From positions 32,705 through 96,704 of the forward strand of contig CBDCZH010000003.1 in the NCBI GenBank assembly GCA_965224485.1: a stretch of 64,000 bases of DNA. The letters are read 5' to 3'. This document shows, one piece after another, positions 1 to 10,525 of the stretch; position 1 is the stretch's first letter, and each line of letters starts with the position of its first letter. The position numbers and the translations under genes are program-made. The DNA comes from Arcobacteraceae bacterium. Its GTDB lineage: Bacteria; Campylobacterota; Campylobacteria; Campylobacterales; Arcobacteraceae. The notes under the pieces were generated by a model, which was given only the letters and a program-made list of their open reading frames with translations, searched no databases and was not told the DNA's origin.

Positions 1-236
1 TACTTGTAGAATCATTAATTCTAGCTACTCCAGTCATTAGTACAGATGCACCTATAGGACCAAGAGAAATTCTTGAAAATATCCTACCAGAATCATTAGT
101 TCAAATTAATAATGACAGAGCATTAGCAAAAGCAATTCAAAGAGTACTTCAGCTGCCCTTTAATCTAAGGAAAGAGTCTTTAGCCCAATACAATAGAGAC
201 AATGTCATAAAAAAATACATTAATATTTTATCCTGA
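1..236 (+). CDS. glycosyltransferase family 4 (GT-B), 3' part only
   Basis: Manual translation from nt 3: LVESLILATPVISTDAPIGPREIL...KKYINILS* (TGA 234-236), matching the GT4 'EA...G.PV..TD...GP.EI' motif. Truncated by the window start. Confidence 0.8.
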   Translation, partial: LVESLILATPVISTDAPIGPREILENILPESLVQINNDRALAKAIQRVLQLPFNLRKESLAQYNRDNVIKKYINILS

Positions 237-1430
237 TTTTTTTGATTTTAAAACAATGATACTAAAAAAAACAAAAGACATAAAAAAAATAATATATATG
301 GGTTTTTTATCTAAAATACTATTAAAAAGTGAATTATAAAATATAGTACTATAGAATGAAATCGCTAAATAAAAATATTTTGGTGTTGTCCTTAATCTCC
401 GTATCAAAAGAAAAATTCCGATTACTAATAAGCCATATCCGATAATCCCATACCTTAATAAAAACTCAAAATGAGAATTATGTAAGCTTCCGAAGGATTC
501 ATTAGTTCTTTCCTTTATAGCTATTTTTCTGTATTCATCTCTAACATCACCTGCTCCCACACCAAAAATAAAATTATCTTTTAAAATAGTAAATGATGTT
601 TTATATAAGTATGCTCTAATTCCCCAGCTGCCACTATAATTTTCTTGGCTAATTACATTATTTAATTCTTTGTATCCTTCTTTAAACTTAGGAGAAGAGT
701 TAAATACAAGAAATAGTACTAGAATACATAACATAAACGCAAATATAATAAATTTATAATTTAAATACTTTTTAGCATAAAATACAAATAATGTAATTAA
801 ACTAAGAAGTAATGATAATTCAGCTGAGCGACCATTATTAATAAAAAAAGCAAAGAGGCACACCAATGACAAAAAGAGAAAAGATATTTTAGTTTTTTTG
901 TCTTTTTCGTAGTATACAAAAATAGATGAAAATAAAAAACCCATCGCCATCATCGGAGTAGAAATAGCAAAAGCCAAATGTCCTTTTGGATTAATTGTGC
1001 TGGCGCCATCAATTGAATAAAAGCCAAGGTATATTCCAATGGAATACATTGCATATATTCCAAAAGCAAAGGTAAATAGCCTAAGTGAATTTTTAGAAGT
1101 GCTTAAGTTTAACGATAAATAAAGTAATGGAATATATATTAATGATTCTCTAAAAACCTTTTGGGCCCATATTCCATGTTCCATATTATTAGTCCATAAT
1201 AATGAAAGATAAGTGTATGCAATAAATAATATTAATATTAGCATGGGTTTAAAAAACAGCATTGTCCGTAATTTTTTAAATTCACTTATTTTATTTTTTA
1301 GGAGAAAAGAAAGAAGAAGAAGAACTGAAAAGGCACCATATTGTGCATTAAATATATAAAAAGGAGTTGTAAATACAAATATATAAAGAAGCATTAAATA
1401 TTTTTCGTTTCTCACCAAGTTTATCATCAT
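228..1430 (-). CDS. waaL: O-antigen ligase family (Wzy_C) membrane protein
   Basis: Many TM segments, SWGIR..Y, FIFGVGAG and LHNSHFEFLLRYGIIG motifs; LOS cluster context. Confidence 0.75.
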   Translation of the reverse strand: MMINLVRNEKYLMLLYIFVFTTPFYIFNAQYGAFSVLLLLSFLLKNKISEFKKLRTMLFFKPMLILILFIAYTYLSLLWTNNMEHGIWAQKVFRESLIYIPLLYLSLNLSTSKNSLRLFTFAFGIYAMYSIGIYLGFYSIDGASTINPKGHLAFAISTPMMAMGFLFSSIFVYYEKDKKTKISFLFLSLVCLFAFFINNGRSAELSLLLSLITLFVFYAKKYLNYKFIIFAFMLCILVLFLVFNSSPKFKEGYKELNNVISQENYSGSWGIRAYLYKTSFTILKDNFIFGVGAGDVRDEYRKIAIKERTNESFGSLHNSHFEFLLRYGIIGYGLLVIGIFLLIRRLRTTPKYFYLAISFYSTIFYNSLFNSILDKKPIYIIFFMSFVFFSIIVLKSKKSG

Positions 1431-1551
1431 TTTAATCCTTATTGTATATTTTCTAATATTTTAAAACTTAAAATACTAAATATTTCATCTTTAAATATTA
1501 AAAAAGAATTTAATCTACTAGTTCAACTATAACTTTAACCTAGTTATGATA

Positions 1552-3570
1552 CTATTTTGAACTATTATTATTTTTATATTCTTCATTAATTAAATATTGT
1601 GTTACAGCTAATGATGCTTTATAATAATTTAATTCTTTTTTATCTGTTTTCTCTTTTAAAGAAAGTAATTTAAAAGATTTATTCTTATTATTTACTATCA
1701 TTGAACCATTAAACCCATAATGTGGACTTATTTTATCAAATAAATTATTTCCTATAGATAAATAAGAGGTATTGCTTAAGGTTAAATTGTAAAGTGTGGG
1801 AAAAATATCCTTATGTGAACCTGCAACCTTTGTATTTATGCTTAATTTTTCTTTTAGCTCTTTTGGAAGATAAAAATATAAAGGAATATTTTTTGAATTA
1901 AAAAGTTTTTTATCATCATATTTCATAATTCCATCAATTGTATTATTATCAGCTGTTACAACAACAATTGTATTTTCAGCAAACTTAGTTTTTTTAAATT
2001 TATCTAAAAAGATGCCTACTTGATCAATTGCATAGGCATAGGAAGCAAATCTTTGCTTGGCTAAAGATAAACTACCTGTTATATGTTGTTCTAAGTTATT
2101 TGTAAATATTAAGGAATTACTTTTATAATCATTGGGAATCGTATAAGGAGGATGATTATTAGTACTAAGTGCAACTATAAACTGTTTTTTAGAAGATTTT
2201 TCTAGCTTATTTAATATATGTGAATATAAATATTCATCAAAAATTCCCCAAGGGTGAAAATATTCTTTTTCATCTTTATCTTTGTTTTTTAAATTGTGAT
2301 AAATATCAATCTTTCCTTCAACATTATCATATGCTTGATACTTAACAAACTCACCTAAATTTCTCCAAGTAAGGTCACCTCCATAAATAAATGTTGTCTC
2401 ATAATCTTTTTTATTATATAAAAAAGCAGGAGAATATGTAAATGAAGTTTGTTTATAAATAGATTGAGAAAAAGCAAAAGATTTTGGTCTATGTGGAATA
2501 TTTAATAATAAAGCTTGTAAGCTTGAAATTGTTCCATCACCAGCTGAAATAAAGTTTGTTAAGAGAGTATCTTCTTCGAAATGTTTTTTTAATGAACCTA
2601 AGATATTAAAAGTATTACTATTATATTTTAGAATTGGACTTCCGAAACTTTCTACCATAATTACAATGACATTATAATCTTTATCATCTATTTTTTTAGT
2701 TTTGTGTTTAATATTATTTAATAAATTTTCTTCATCAATATCATTTGTACCTTTTAATAATTTAAAAGCCTCTTGTATTCTATTTTTATAACCAGTTACT
2801 TTAATTAAGTCATATTCTCTTTTTAAATATTTTTTTCTAATTCCATAGGCAGAAGTAAAAGAACGAAAGCCATTTTGTGAAATTTTATTTACAAAAGAAT
2901 TTTTAGATATATTTGGAATCATTTTACCTAATGGATACATTCCTAATGTACCTCTAATAGCTAAAAAATTCAAGATTATAAATATAGTAAAAATTATAAA
3001 AGATATTTTAATAAATATAAATGATTTTATATCTTTTTCTTTTTGCAATAAAATAAACTTAATAAGTTTAAATAATAAAAATAAATAAATAAATAGAATA
3101 AATAGAATTAACAATACATTATAATTTTGCCACATTGTAATAATTAAAGCTTTTGTATCATCATCAAAAAGACCAAAAAATAAAATATTTATATGGTCTT
3201 TAAAATATGAGTAGAAACCAAAATCAGCAAATAAAAGAAGTGTTACAAGCAAGTAAGCAAAAAAGATATAATATATTAAGAATTTGCTTGTAAGTTCTAA
3301 TAAAATTTCTTTTTTTATATAATATAAAAAAATTAAAAGTAAAGTAGGAATAACTTGAATGTACCCCATAACCGTTAAATCAAGCCTTAAACCTAACAAA
3401 AAGGCTTCTACTATATCTAAAAAGTATTTATTTATTTCATGTTCATCTAAGGGGCTATAATAATTAAAAAATACTATTCTAAATATTGACATAAACACTA
3501 AGAATATAAGGTGAAGTATAATTAAGTTTTTAAATATATTTAGAACTTTGCTTAAAATTGTTTTATTCAC
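1552..3570 (-). CDS. LTA synthase / phosphoglycerol transferase family (sulfatase-like) protein
   Basis: N-terminal TM helices, NVIVIMVESF, WGIFDE, LSTNNHPPY, TIVVVTAD motifs. Confidence 0.8.
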   Translation of the reverse strand: MNKTILSKVLNIFKNLIILHLIFLVFMSIFRIVFFNYYSPLDEHEINKYFLDIVEAFLLGLRLDLTVMGYIQVIPTLLLIFLYYIKKEILLELTSKFLIYYIFFAYLLVTLLLFADFGFYSYFKDHINILFFGLFDDDTKALIITMWQNYNVLLILFILFIYLFLLFKLIKFILLQKEKDIKSFIFIKISFIIFTIFIILNFLAIRGTLGMYPLGKMIPNISKNSFVNKISQNGFRSFTSAYGIRKKYLKREYDLIKVTGYKNRIQEAFKLLKGTNDIDEENLLNNIKHKTKKIDDKDYNVIVIMVESFGSPILKYNSNTFNILGSLKKHFEEDTLLTNFISAGDGTISSLQALLLNIPHRPKSFAFSQSIYKQTSFTYSPAFLYNKKDYETTFIYGGDLTWRNLGEFVKYQAYDNVEGKIDIYHNLKNKDKDEKEYFHPWGIFDEYLYSHILNKLEKSSKKQFIVALSTNNHPPYTIPNDYKSNSLIFTNNLEQHITGSLSLAKQRFASYAYAIDQVGIFLDKFKKTKFAENTIVVVTADNNTIDGIMKYDDKKLFNSKNIPLYFYLPKELKEKLSINTKVAGSHKDIFPTLYNLTLSNTSYLSIGNNLFDKISPHYGFNGSMIVNNKNKSFKLLSLKEKTDKKELNYYKASLAVTQYLINEEYKNNNSSK

Positions 3571-4370
3571 TATTTTCCTTTTAATTCGTTTAATATTTTA
3601 AAAAATTTAAAAAATATTTTTAAATCTCTTCCTAATATTTTATTAATAAATTTTAGTTCACTAATATAAATTAAATAAGATATTTTTTTTGCCATTGTAT
3701 TTAATTTTTGTATAAAATCATCATTTTTAGATAGTTTTATATATTTATTAATTATATACTTAAAATCAAGCTCATAACTAGCTCTTGTTTTAGTTAAAGA
3801 TAATAAAAACAGTACTAAATCTCTAAACTGCAAAAGTTTTAGATCTGTATCTTTTTTAAAACTATCTTCTAAATCAATTACAAAAATTTCTCCATCTTTA
3901 TAAGTAAAATTTCTAGCTTGTGCTCCACCATGAAACTCATTATTATTATGTATATTTGCTAATTGAATTATAAGTTTATCAATAAAATAATACATTTTAT
4001 CTTTTTTAATGTCTCTTTTTCTTATATAAGAATTAACATTTTTTCCACAATCTTCTAAAACAAAAAAGTCTTCATTTCTTCCAATTACTTCTGGAGTTTT
4101 AATACCTAACTTTTTAAATTTTATTAATTTATTAGTTTCAAAAAACACTGTTTCTTCTGAACTTTTATTTTGAACTGGTAATAATATTTCAAAAGGAAAA
4201 ATCTTATAATAAAAATAGTGCAGTTTTGAAGAATATGTAGCTCTAGCTTTTTTTACCCAAACTTTTTTATTTTCATATGCAGATGAAAAAATTTCACTAT
4301 TAGTATTTTTGAAAGTTTCTTTTAGTGTCTTTTCATACTCTTTGTTTTTAAAGCTTGAAGTTATTTGCAT
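3570..4370 (-). CDS. lipopolysaccharide kinase-like protein (Kdo/WaaP/InaA family)
   Basis: VWVKK, LANIH...HGGAQARNF, IDLE kinase-like motifs; ATG at 4370 preferred over the track start at 4391. Confidence 0.65.
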   Translation of the reverse strand: MQITSSFKNKEYEKTLKETFKNTNSEIFSSAYENKKVWVKKARATYSSKLHYFYYKIFPFEILLPVQNKSSEETVFFETNKLIKFKKLGIKTPEVIGRNEDFFVLEDCGKNVNSYIRKRDIKKDKMYYFIDKLIIQLANIHNNNEFHGGAQARNFTYKDGEIFVIDLEDSFKKDTDLKLLQFRDLVLFLLSLTKTRASYELDFKYIINKYIKLSKNDDFIQKLNTMAKKISYLIYISELKFINKILGRDLKIFFKFFKILNELKGK

Positions 4371-4717
4371 ATAAGTATAATAACCCAACAAGAAATATGT
4401 AAAATAATAGTAAACATAACAGCAGTAGCTCCAATATCTTTTGCAGTTTTAGCTAAAGGATGAATCTCTTTTGTTACTAAATCAACAACATTTTCAATTG
4501 CTGAATTTAGAAGTTCAACTATTAGTACTAATATTCCTGTAACTAGTAAAATTAGCTTATAGCTTAAAGAAACATCAACGAATATAATCGCAAGCATTAT
4601 AAAAATAGAAGCTAATAATTCAAGGCGAAAAGAATTCTCAGTTTTAAAAGCATGTTTTAAACCAGAAAGTGCATATTGAGTATTTTTAAATAAATGATAT
4701 TTTGGTTTATTATTCAC
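4361..4717 (-). CDS. dgkA: diacylglycerol kinase (prokaryotic DAGK)
   Basis: ELLNSAIENVVDL...HPLAKTAKDIGA motif; GTG at 4717 has an AAGGAG SD. Confidence 0.9.
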   Translation of the reverse strand: MNNKPKYHLFKNTQYALSGLKHAFKTENSFRLELLASIFIMLAIIFVDVSLSYKLILLVTGILVLIVELLNSAIENVVDLVTKEIHPLAKTAKDIGATAVMFTIILHISCWVIILICK

Positions 4718-5627
4718 CACTAGCTCCTTCATATAAATCTTTATAAAATCTTTTCCATCTCTTATGTTGCCAAAACCAAAGTTGTGGTTTTTGTAAAATT
4801 TGTTTTTCTATTATATTAGCTTGTTCTTGGGTTAATTCTTTAACCTTATCTTCACTTTTAAAATCAAACTTTTTTACATCAATTGCCGCATATACATTAA
4901 TAGTATAATTTCGAAAATCATTCATTTGTGCAAATACTGGAATAATTAAGGCATCAAATTTTAAAGCAAGTCTTGCTGTTGCATCTGTAGCCATTACTTT
5001 TTTATTGAAAAATTCAATTTCTACTCCATGTTTTGAGTTTTGATCAATTGCAACAGCAATATGATGATTATTTTTAAAAGCTCTTATCATTCCTTTTGCT
5101 GCAACTTTTTTTTCTAACATTATAATATTATTTCTATCTCTTGCTTCTATATATATTTTATTTATATGAGGATTATCCATTTTTCTATTTACTACAGCTA
5201 AGGTTCCATATTTTAAAGCAATATAAGGAATAGCTAGTTCCCAACCCCCATAATGCGCAGTTATAAAAATAATTTTTCTTTTACTTTCAATTGCTTTTAA
5301 AATAACGTTTTCATTTTGGATTGTTGCTTTTTTAAATAATTCTTCTTTTGAAATATCTTGATTTTCTATAAATTCATATAAGTTAAAAAGTAAAGATTTG
5401 TAAGATTCATAGATTATTTTATTTTTTTCTTCTTTACTTAATTTATTTCCATATACTAAATCAAGATTTGTTAAAGCTATACTTATATGCTTTTTATTAA
5501 ATTTACTTGCAAGTTTTGCAATTATTATAAGAATTGATTTTAATATAAAATTTGGAGTTAAAAGAAAAAATATCTTAGATAGTTTATATAAAAAAAATCT
5601 GAAATAATCTTTAATTTTTCTTTTCAT
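4710..5627 (-). CDS. lpxL: lipid A biosynthesis late acyltransferase (HtrB/LpxL family)
   Basis: TAHYGGWE, DQ and WFWQHKRWK motifs; ATG at 5627 with SD. Confidence 0.8.
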   Translation of the reverse strand: MKRKIKDYFRFFLYKLSKIFFLLTPNFILKSILIIIAKLASKFNKKHISIALTNLDLVYGNKLSKEEKNKIIYESYKSLLFNLYEFIENQDISKEELFKKATIQNENVILKAIESKRKIIFITAHYGGWELAIPYIALKYGTLAVVNRKMDNPHINKIYIEARDRNNIIMLEKKVAAKGMIRAFKNNHHIAVAIDQNSKHGVEIEFFNKKVMATDATARLALKFDALIIPVFAQMNDFRNYTINVYAAIDVKKFDFKSEDKVKELTQEQANIIEKQILQKPQLWFWQHKRWKRFYKDLYEGASGE

Positions 5628-6621
5628 ATAAAAGTTCCTTTGCAAGAGTTATTATTTTTTTTTCATCAATATTTTGTATTGAAAAATCATTTTTATCTAG
5701 TTTTAAAGCATTAACTAAAGAGTTTGATTCTAATATTTTATTCTTATTTGTTATATAAGTATTTCTATACCCAGGTGTATTTCCAAAAAGTGTAATAGAA
5801 GGAGTATTTAAAGCCCAAGCCATATGACTAGGTCCTGTATCATTTCCAATAAGTAAGTCCACTTTTGAAATAAGAGCTTTTAGAGAATTTAAATTCAAAG
5901 CTGGTAACATTTTTGCTTTTGAATTTAAAGCGATAAACTCTGCTATTTCTTTCTCCACATCACTATTCCAAAGAATTAATAAATTCTCTTCTAAATCATT
6001 TGCTATTTTAACAAATTTTTCTTTAGAATACATTTTGGATTTCCAAGAAGCACCTATTACTAGAAGAATATTTTTCTTATCTTTTTTTAAATAATCATAA
6101 ATGATTCTATCTTCATTTTTATAAAACAAAAATGCTTCTTTATTTAAAATATCTTCTTTTGATATGTTAAAATGTAAAGCATTACTTAAAACTTTGGCAT
6201 TTCTTTCTATTGCATTTGCATCATAGACTATATTTATTTTATTTTTATAAAAAAATGAGGCAAAAGACTCTCTTATTGAGTTCTTATCAAAACCTGCAAT
6301 GTTTTTACCTAATAACCTAGCTACAAGAGCAGATTTGATTAAACCTTGAGCATCAATAACTAAATCATAGGAATTTTTTGCATACTCTTTTATTAATTTA
6401 ATTTGTTTGAAAATCTTTTTTTTGTTTTGTTTTATTTCTTTTAAATTAATTACAAAAATATTATCTATATCTTTATTGTTTCTAAGAACTTCACAAAAAG
6501 CTTCTTCTACGAACCAGTCTATTTGCATATTTTTGTTATGTTTTTTAATATATTGTAAAGCAATCATGGCGTGAATAATATCACCCATGGCTGATAATTT
6601 AACAATCGCTATTTTCAACAA
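5611..6621 (-). CDS. waaC: lipopolysaccharide heptosyltransferase I
   Basis: IVKLSAMGDIIH, DAQGLIKSA, GNDTGPSHMAWAL; start may be TTG 6618. Confidence 0.9.
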   Translation of the reverse strand: MLKIAIVKLSAMGDIIHAMIALQYIKKHNKNMQIDWFVEEAFCEVLRNNKDIDNIFVINLKEIKQNKKKIFKQIKLIKEYAKNSYDLVIDAQGLIKSALVARLLGKNIAGFDKNSIRESFASFFYKNKINIVYDANAIERNAKVLSNALHFNISKEDILNKEAFLFYKNEDRIIYDYLKKDKKNILLVIGASWKSKMYSKEKFVKIANDLEENLLILWNSDVEKEIAEFIALNSKAKMLPALNLNSLKALISKVDLLIGNDTGPSHMAWALNTPSITLFGNTPGYRNTYITNKNKILESNSLVNALKLDKNDFSIQNIDEKKIITLAKELLYEKKN

Positions 6622-6652
6622 GCTCTCCTTGCTTCTATATAATACAAAGAGT

Positions 6653-8122
6653 TTATTTTATTTTTAACTTTATATCATCTGGCATTTCTAGTTTTTCAAG
6701 TTCACTTTGAACTAAATAAATATCATTTTCAAACTTAAGTATTAGTTTATCATCTTTTAGTTTATATTCTATTTTAGGTTTAGACAAATCTTGGTTTATT
6801 ACAAGGTTTAAAGATATCATAAACGAAAGCCATTGCATAGTATCTAAAGATGGTAATAGTTCTCTAAACTCTTCTAAATCTTTTTGTTTTGGCATAGATT
6901 TTTTAGAAAACTTTATAATATGAGCTATGCTTACTCTTGAAGAGTGTAAAAAGTCGTAATTTAGACCATTTAATATAAAATCAAAAGAGTTATCATTTGC
7001 TTTATAAAAATTTAATTTAGCTCCAACTGAGTGAAGCTTTGAAGCAAGCACGAGAAGAGTTCTATACTTATCATCAAGTTTATGTACTTCTTTTAGAACA
7101 TCAAAGATTTTAGAAGCATTAGCGCCTAAGTATGAGCTTGTTTTAGCATCAACATCAAACTTATCAAGTAAAGATCTAACACTTATATTATAATTAGCTG
7201 GAAAAACTCCATTTTGGCTTCTTAATAAGTCACTTAAATATACACCTTCTCTTACTCCTACACCTGAAGTAATTAGCTCAACAATATCAAACTCACTAAA
7301 AATAGTACTTAGAATCAAAGTACCTTCTTTAATAGTATCAAATCTATCTTTTTTAATTCCTAATTTTTTCAAAGCACACTTATCACTAGCTTCTATAACA
7401 TTAGAAAGAATTTCTTTATTATCTTTTACAAAAAATTTATATCCATGTAAGATATCTAAGGCATATGAATTATCTTTCATAATTATTTTACTTAAAGCTC
7501 TTATTGTTCCACCAATACCTACAATAGTACTAGGAATATCAAAAGAAGAGTTTTTAAGTGTTTGAAGTTTTTGTAAAATATAATCTTTTGCAGAATCTAT
7601 ATCACCTTTTACTAAAAAAAGTTCATGTAATCTTACTGTTCCTATATCTAAAGAAATAGTTTCTACAATTTTTGAATTTTTTATTATTGCAAACTCAGTT
7701 GAACCACCACCTATATCAACAGTCATAAAATTTTTATGATGTATTAGGTTTAAAGCAGCAACTCCACCATAATATGCTTCTTTAATTCCATCTATTATTT
7801 TTATATTAAGTTTCAACTCTTTTGCAACTTTATTTAAAAAAACTTTAGAATTAGGAGCATCTCTTAGGGCAGAAGTTGCAACACATATAATTTTTCTTGA
7901 TTTTAAAGCAGAAGAAATGCTTAAAAATGATTTTAAACTATTAAATGCTCTTTGCATTGGTATCTCTTGAAGGTTTCCATTATTTTCATAAGAACCTTCT
8001 GAGATTTTAACTCTTGATTTTGTTTCATTTAATAATGAAAAAGCAAAACGAGAGCTTTTTTGCAAAACAACCATTCTCATTGAGTTAGACCCAATATCTA
8101 TAATAGTTGTAATTTTAGACAT
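6653..8122 (-). CDS. ppx: Ppx/GppA exopolyphosphatase family
   Basis: IDIGSNSMRM, ATSALRDAPN, DIGGGSTE, GVREG. Confidence 0.9.
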   Translation of the reverse strand: MSKITTIIDIGSNSMRMVVLQKSSRFAFSLLNETKSRVKISEGSYENNGNLQEIPMQRAFNSLKSFLSISSALKSRKIICVATSALRDAPNSKVFLNKVAKELKLNIKIIDGIKEAYYGGVAALNLIHHKNFMTVDIGGGSTEFAIIKNSKIVETISLDIGTVRLHELFLVKGDIDSAKDYILQKLQTLKNSSFDIPSTIVGIGGTIRALSKIIMKDNSYALDILHGYKFFVKDNKEILSNVIEASDKCALKKLGIKKDRFDTIKEGTLILSTIFSEFDIVELITSGVGVREGVYLSDLLRSQNGVFPANYNISVRSLLDKFDVDAKTSSYLGANASKIFDVLKEVHKLDDKYRTLLVLASKLHSVGAKLNFYKANDNSFDFILNGLNYDFLHSSRVSIAHIIKFSKKSMPKQKDLEEFRELLPSLDTMQWLSFMISLNLVINQDLSKPKIEYKLKDDKLILKFENDIYLVQSELEKLEMPDDIKLKIK

Positions 8123-8376
8123 TAAAGTTCTTCTGCTTCTAATTTTTTAAACTTAAACCTTAACTCTTCCATACTTTCTTGGTTATCAGAGTCAAGGATA
8201 ATACAGTCAACAGGGCACACTTCTATACAAGCTGGCTCTTCATAATGACCAACACACTCAGTACATCTATCAGAATCAATGATATATACTGGATCGCCCT
8301 CTTCAATAGCAATATTTGGACACTCTTCTCTACATGCATCACATGCAATACATTCATCAGTTATTATTAATGACAT
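8122..8376 (-). CDS. YfhL-family 2[4Fe-4S] ferredoxin
   Basis: CIACDACREECP and CTECVGH..PACIEVCPVDC. Confidence 0.9.
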   Translation of the reverse strand: MSLIITDECIACDACREECPNIAIEEGDPVYIIDSDRCTECVGHYEEPACIEVCPVDCIILDSDNQESMEELRFKFKKLEAEEL

Positions 8377-8418
8377 TTATTTCCCTGTTTTTAAATTAAA
8401 TTAAGGAGTTATAACCAA

Positions 8419-9153
8419 TTATTCTTTAATAAGTTCTTTAATTAAACTAAAGGTGTCAAAATCTTTGCTTACAATTAAGAAACTGTTATCATTATACACG
8501 TATAAATCTTCACACATATGTAAAGCAGCTTTAATATCAAAATCTCTAATCTCGCCTACAAAAAGAAAAAAAGCATAATTTCTACTTCTAGCTAAAGAGA
8601 GTGCTACAGCTCCAGGAGAGCGAAATTTCATTGACTTTTCATATAGTTTTTTACTTAAATTTGGATGATAATAGGCTTTTTCAAAAATACCCATTTCACT
8701 TGAAGTTTTTATTAAATTTTTTTTGATTTTTTTTGATAATAAATCAATTGTTATAATTTCACTATTTTTTACTTTATAAAGAAGTGTATGAGTACATAAA
8801 TTACAAATAACAGAGCAAAGAACTTTATTATTTAATTCCAAAGCAACAGAAGTTCCAAAATACTCTAATCCAGCTTTAAAATTAGAACTTCCATCTAAAG
8901 GATCTATAATAATTTTATAAGTACCCTTTCCTTTAACAAAACCAGCCTCTTCTGTATAGATATCACCAAAAGATGACAAATGCCTTATAAATATCTTTTC
9001 TGCTCTTAAATCCATGTTTAAAGACTTATCACCACCTGCCCCTATTGTATTTGAATAAAGATAATCTTTTTTAGATATATGAGTATGTAAATACTCATAT
9101 ATCTCTTCATTTGCTTTAATGCAAGAAGATAAAAAATAATCAAACTTTTCCAT
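8419..9153 (-). CDS. inositol monophosphatase / FBPase (FIG) family protein
   Basis: TEE..., IIDPLDGSSNF, R..GAVAL, D..AA motifs. Confidence 0.8.
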   Translation of the reverse strand: MEKFDYFLSSCIKANEEIYEYLHTHISKKDYLYSNTIGAGGDKSLNMDLRAEKIFIRHLSSFGDIYTEEAGFVKGKGTYKIIIDPLDGSSNFKAGLEYFGTSVALELNNKVLCSVICNLCTHTLLYKVKNSEIITIDLLSKKIKKNLIKTSSEMGIFEKAYYHPNLSKKLYEKSMKFRSPGAVALSLARSRNYAFFLFVGEIRDFDIKAALHMCEDLYVYNDNSFLIVSKDFDTFSLIKELIKE

Positions 9154-10524
9154 TTAAAAGTTTTCTATAATTCTTTTTGCAGCTTCTCTACCATCAACAG
9201 CAGCAGTTACAGCTAAATGAGCTCCTCTTTGGCAATCTCCACCTGCATATACTTTTAAATTTGTAGTTTGATATCTTGAGGTTATAATTCCACCCCAAGA
9301 GTTAGTTTCAACCTTTAAGTCCTTTAAAAAAGCAGGAACTTCAGGTGAAAAACCAAGAGCTAAAATAATAACATCAGCTTCTTCAAAATATTGGCTATTT
9401 TCTATTAGTTCAACTTTTTGTCGTCCAGATTCATCAGCAGCACTTAAAGTTGTTTTTAATAATTCAATTCCACTTGCAACATTATCTAAAGTAATGATTT
9501 GATTAGGGCTTACATTAAATACAAATTCAACACCCTCTTCTTTAGAGTTAACTACTTCTTTTTTACTTCCAGGCATATTAGCTTCATTTCGTCGATATAA
9601 ACATTTAACACTTGAAGCTCCTTCTCTAACAGAAGTTCTAACACAATCCATTGCCGTATCACCACCACCAATTACTACAACTTTTTTATTTTTAACATCA
9701 ATAAAATCATCTGCAACATTTCCAAAGTTTCTTTTTTGAATTGTTTTTAAAAAATCAATTGCTAAGTGAACATTAGATGCATCCTCACCTTTAGTTCCTG
9801 AGTACTTTCCTTGTGTAGCTCCAAGTCCTAAATAAATTGCATCAAATTCATCTTGCAAATCAGAAATATTTTTATCTTTTCCAATTTCACAATTAACATG
9901 TAATCTCATACCAGCTTCTAACAACCAGTCAATTCTCCTATCAATTGCACTTTTATCAAGTTTAAAACCTGGAATTCCATAGGTTAAAAGTCCACCTGCT
10001 CTATCATCTCTCTCAAACATTTCAACACCAATTCCACGTCTTAATAAAAATGTAGCAGCAGAAATACCTGTAGGTCCAGAACCAATAATTGCAACTTTTT
10101 TAGAAGAAGTAATTCCTGGATACTTAGGTTTTAAACCTCGCGCAAATGCACTTTCAGAAATATGTGTTTCAACAGCACCAATAGAAATAGCACCATGTCC
10201 TGTATTTAAAGAACATGCACCCTCGCAAAGTACATCTTGAGGACAAATTCTTCCTAAGATTTCTGGAAAAGGAGATGTTTCATTTGACAGAGCAAAAGCT
10301 AAATCAGGATTTTTATTTGCAGTTTGTTTTAACCATGCTGGAATAAAATTATGTAAAGGACAACCTGTATGACAATATGGATCCCCACACTGCATACAAC
10401 GATCAGATTGTTCTTTTGCTCTTGTTTTTTTAAAAACTTGGTAAACCTCATCAAAATCTTTTAATCTTTGTAATACATCTCTTTTCTCAGGATTTATTCT
10501 CTCAAATTTAGTAAAGTTTATCAT
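9154..10524 (-). CDS. gltD: glutamate synthase small subunit
   Basis: RCMQCGDPYC..GCP, GRICPQDVLCEGAC, GGGDTAMDC; ATG at 10524 directly follows the gltB stop. Confidence 0.95.
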   Translation of the reverse strand: MINFTKFERINPEKRDVLQRLKDFDEVYQVFKKTRAKEQSDRCMQCGDPYCHTGCPLHNFIPAWLKQTANKNPDLAFALSNETSPFPEILGRICPQDVLCEGACSLNTGHGAISIGAVETHISESAFARGLKPKYPGITSSKKVAIIGSGPTGISAATFLLRRGIGVEMFERDDRAGGLLTYGIPGFKLDKSAIDRRIDWLLEAGMRLHVNCEIGKDKNISDLQDEFDAIYLGLGATQGKYSGTKGEDASNVHLAIDFLKTIQKRNFGNVADDFIDVKNKKVVVIGGGDTAMDCVRTSVREGASSVKCLYRRNEANMPGSKKEVVNSKEEGVEFVFNVSPNQIITLDNVASGIELLKTTLSAADESGRQKVELIENSQYFEEADVIILALGFSPEVPAFLKDLKVETNSWGGIITSRYQTTNLKVYAGGDCQRGAHLAVTAAVDGREAAKRIIENF

Positions 10525-10525
10525 T

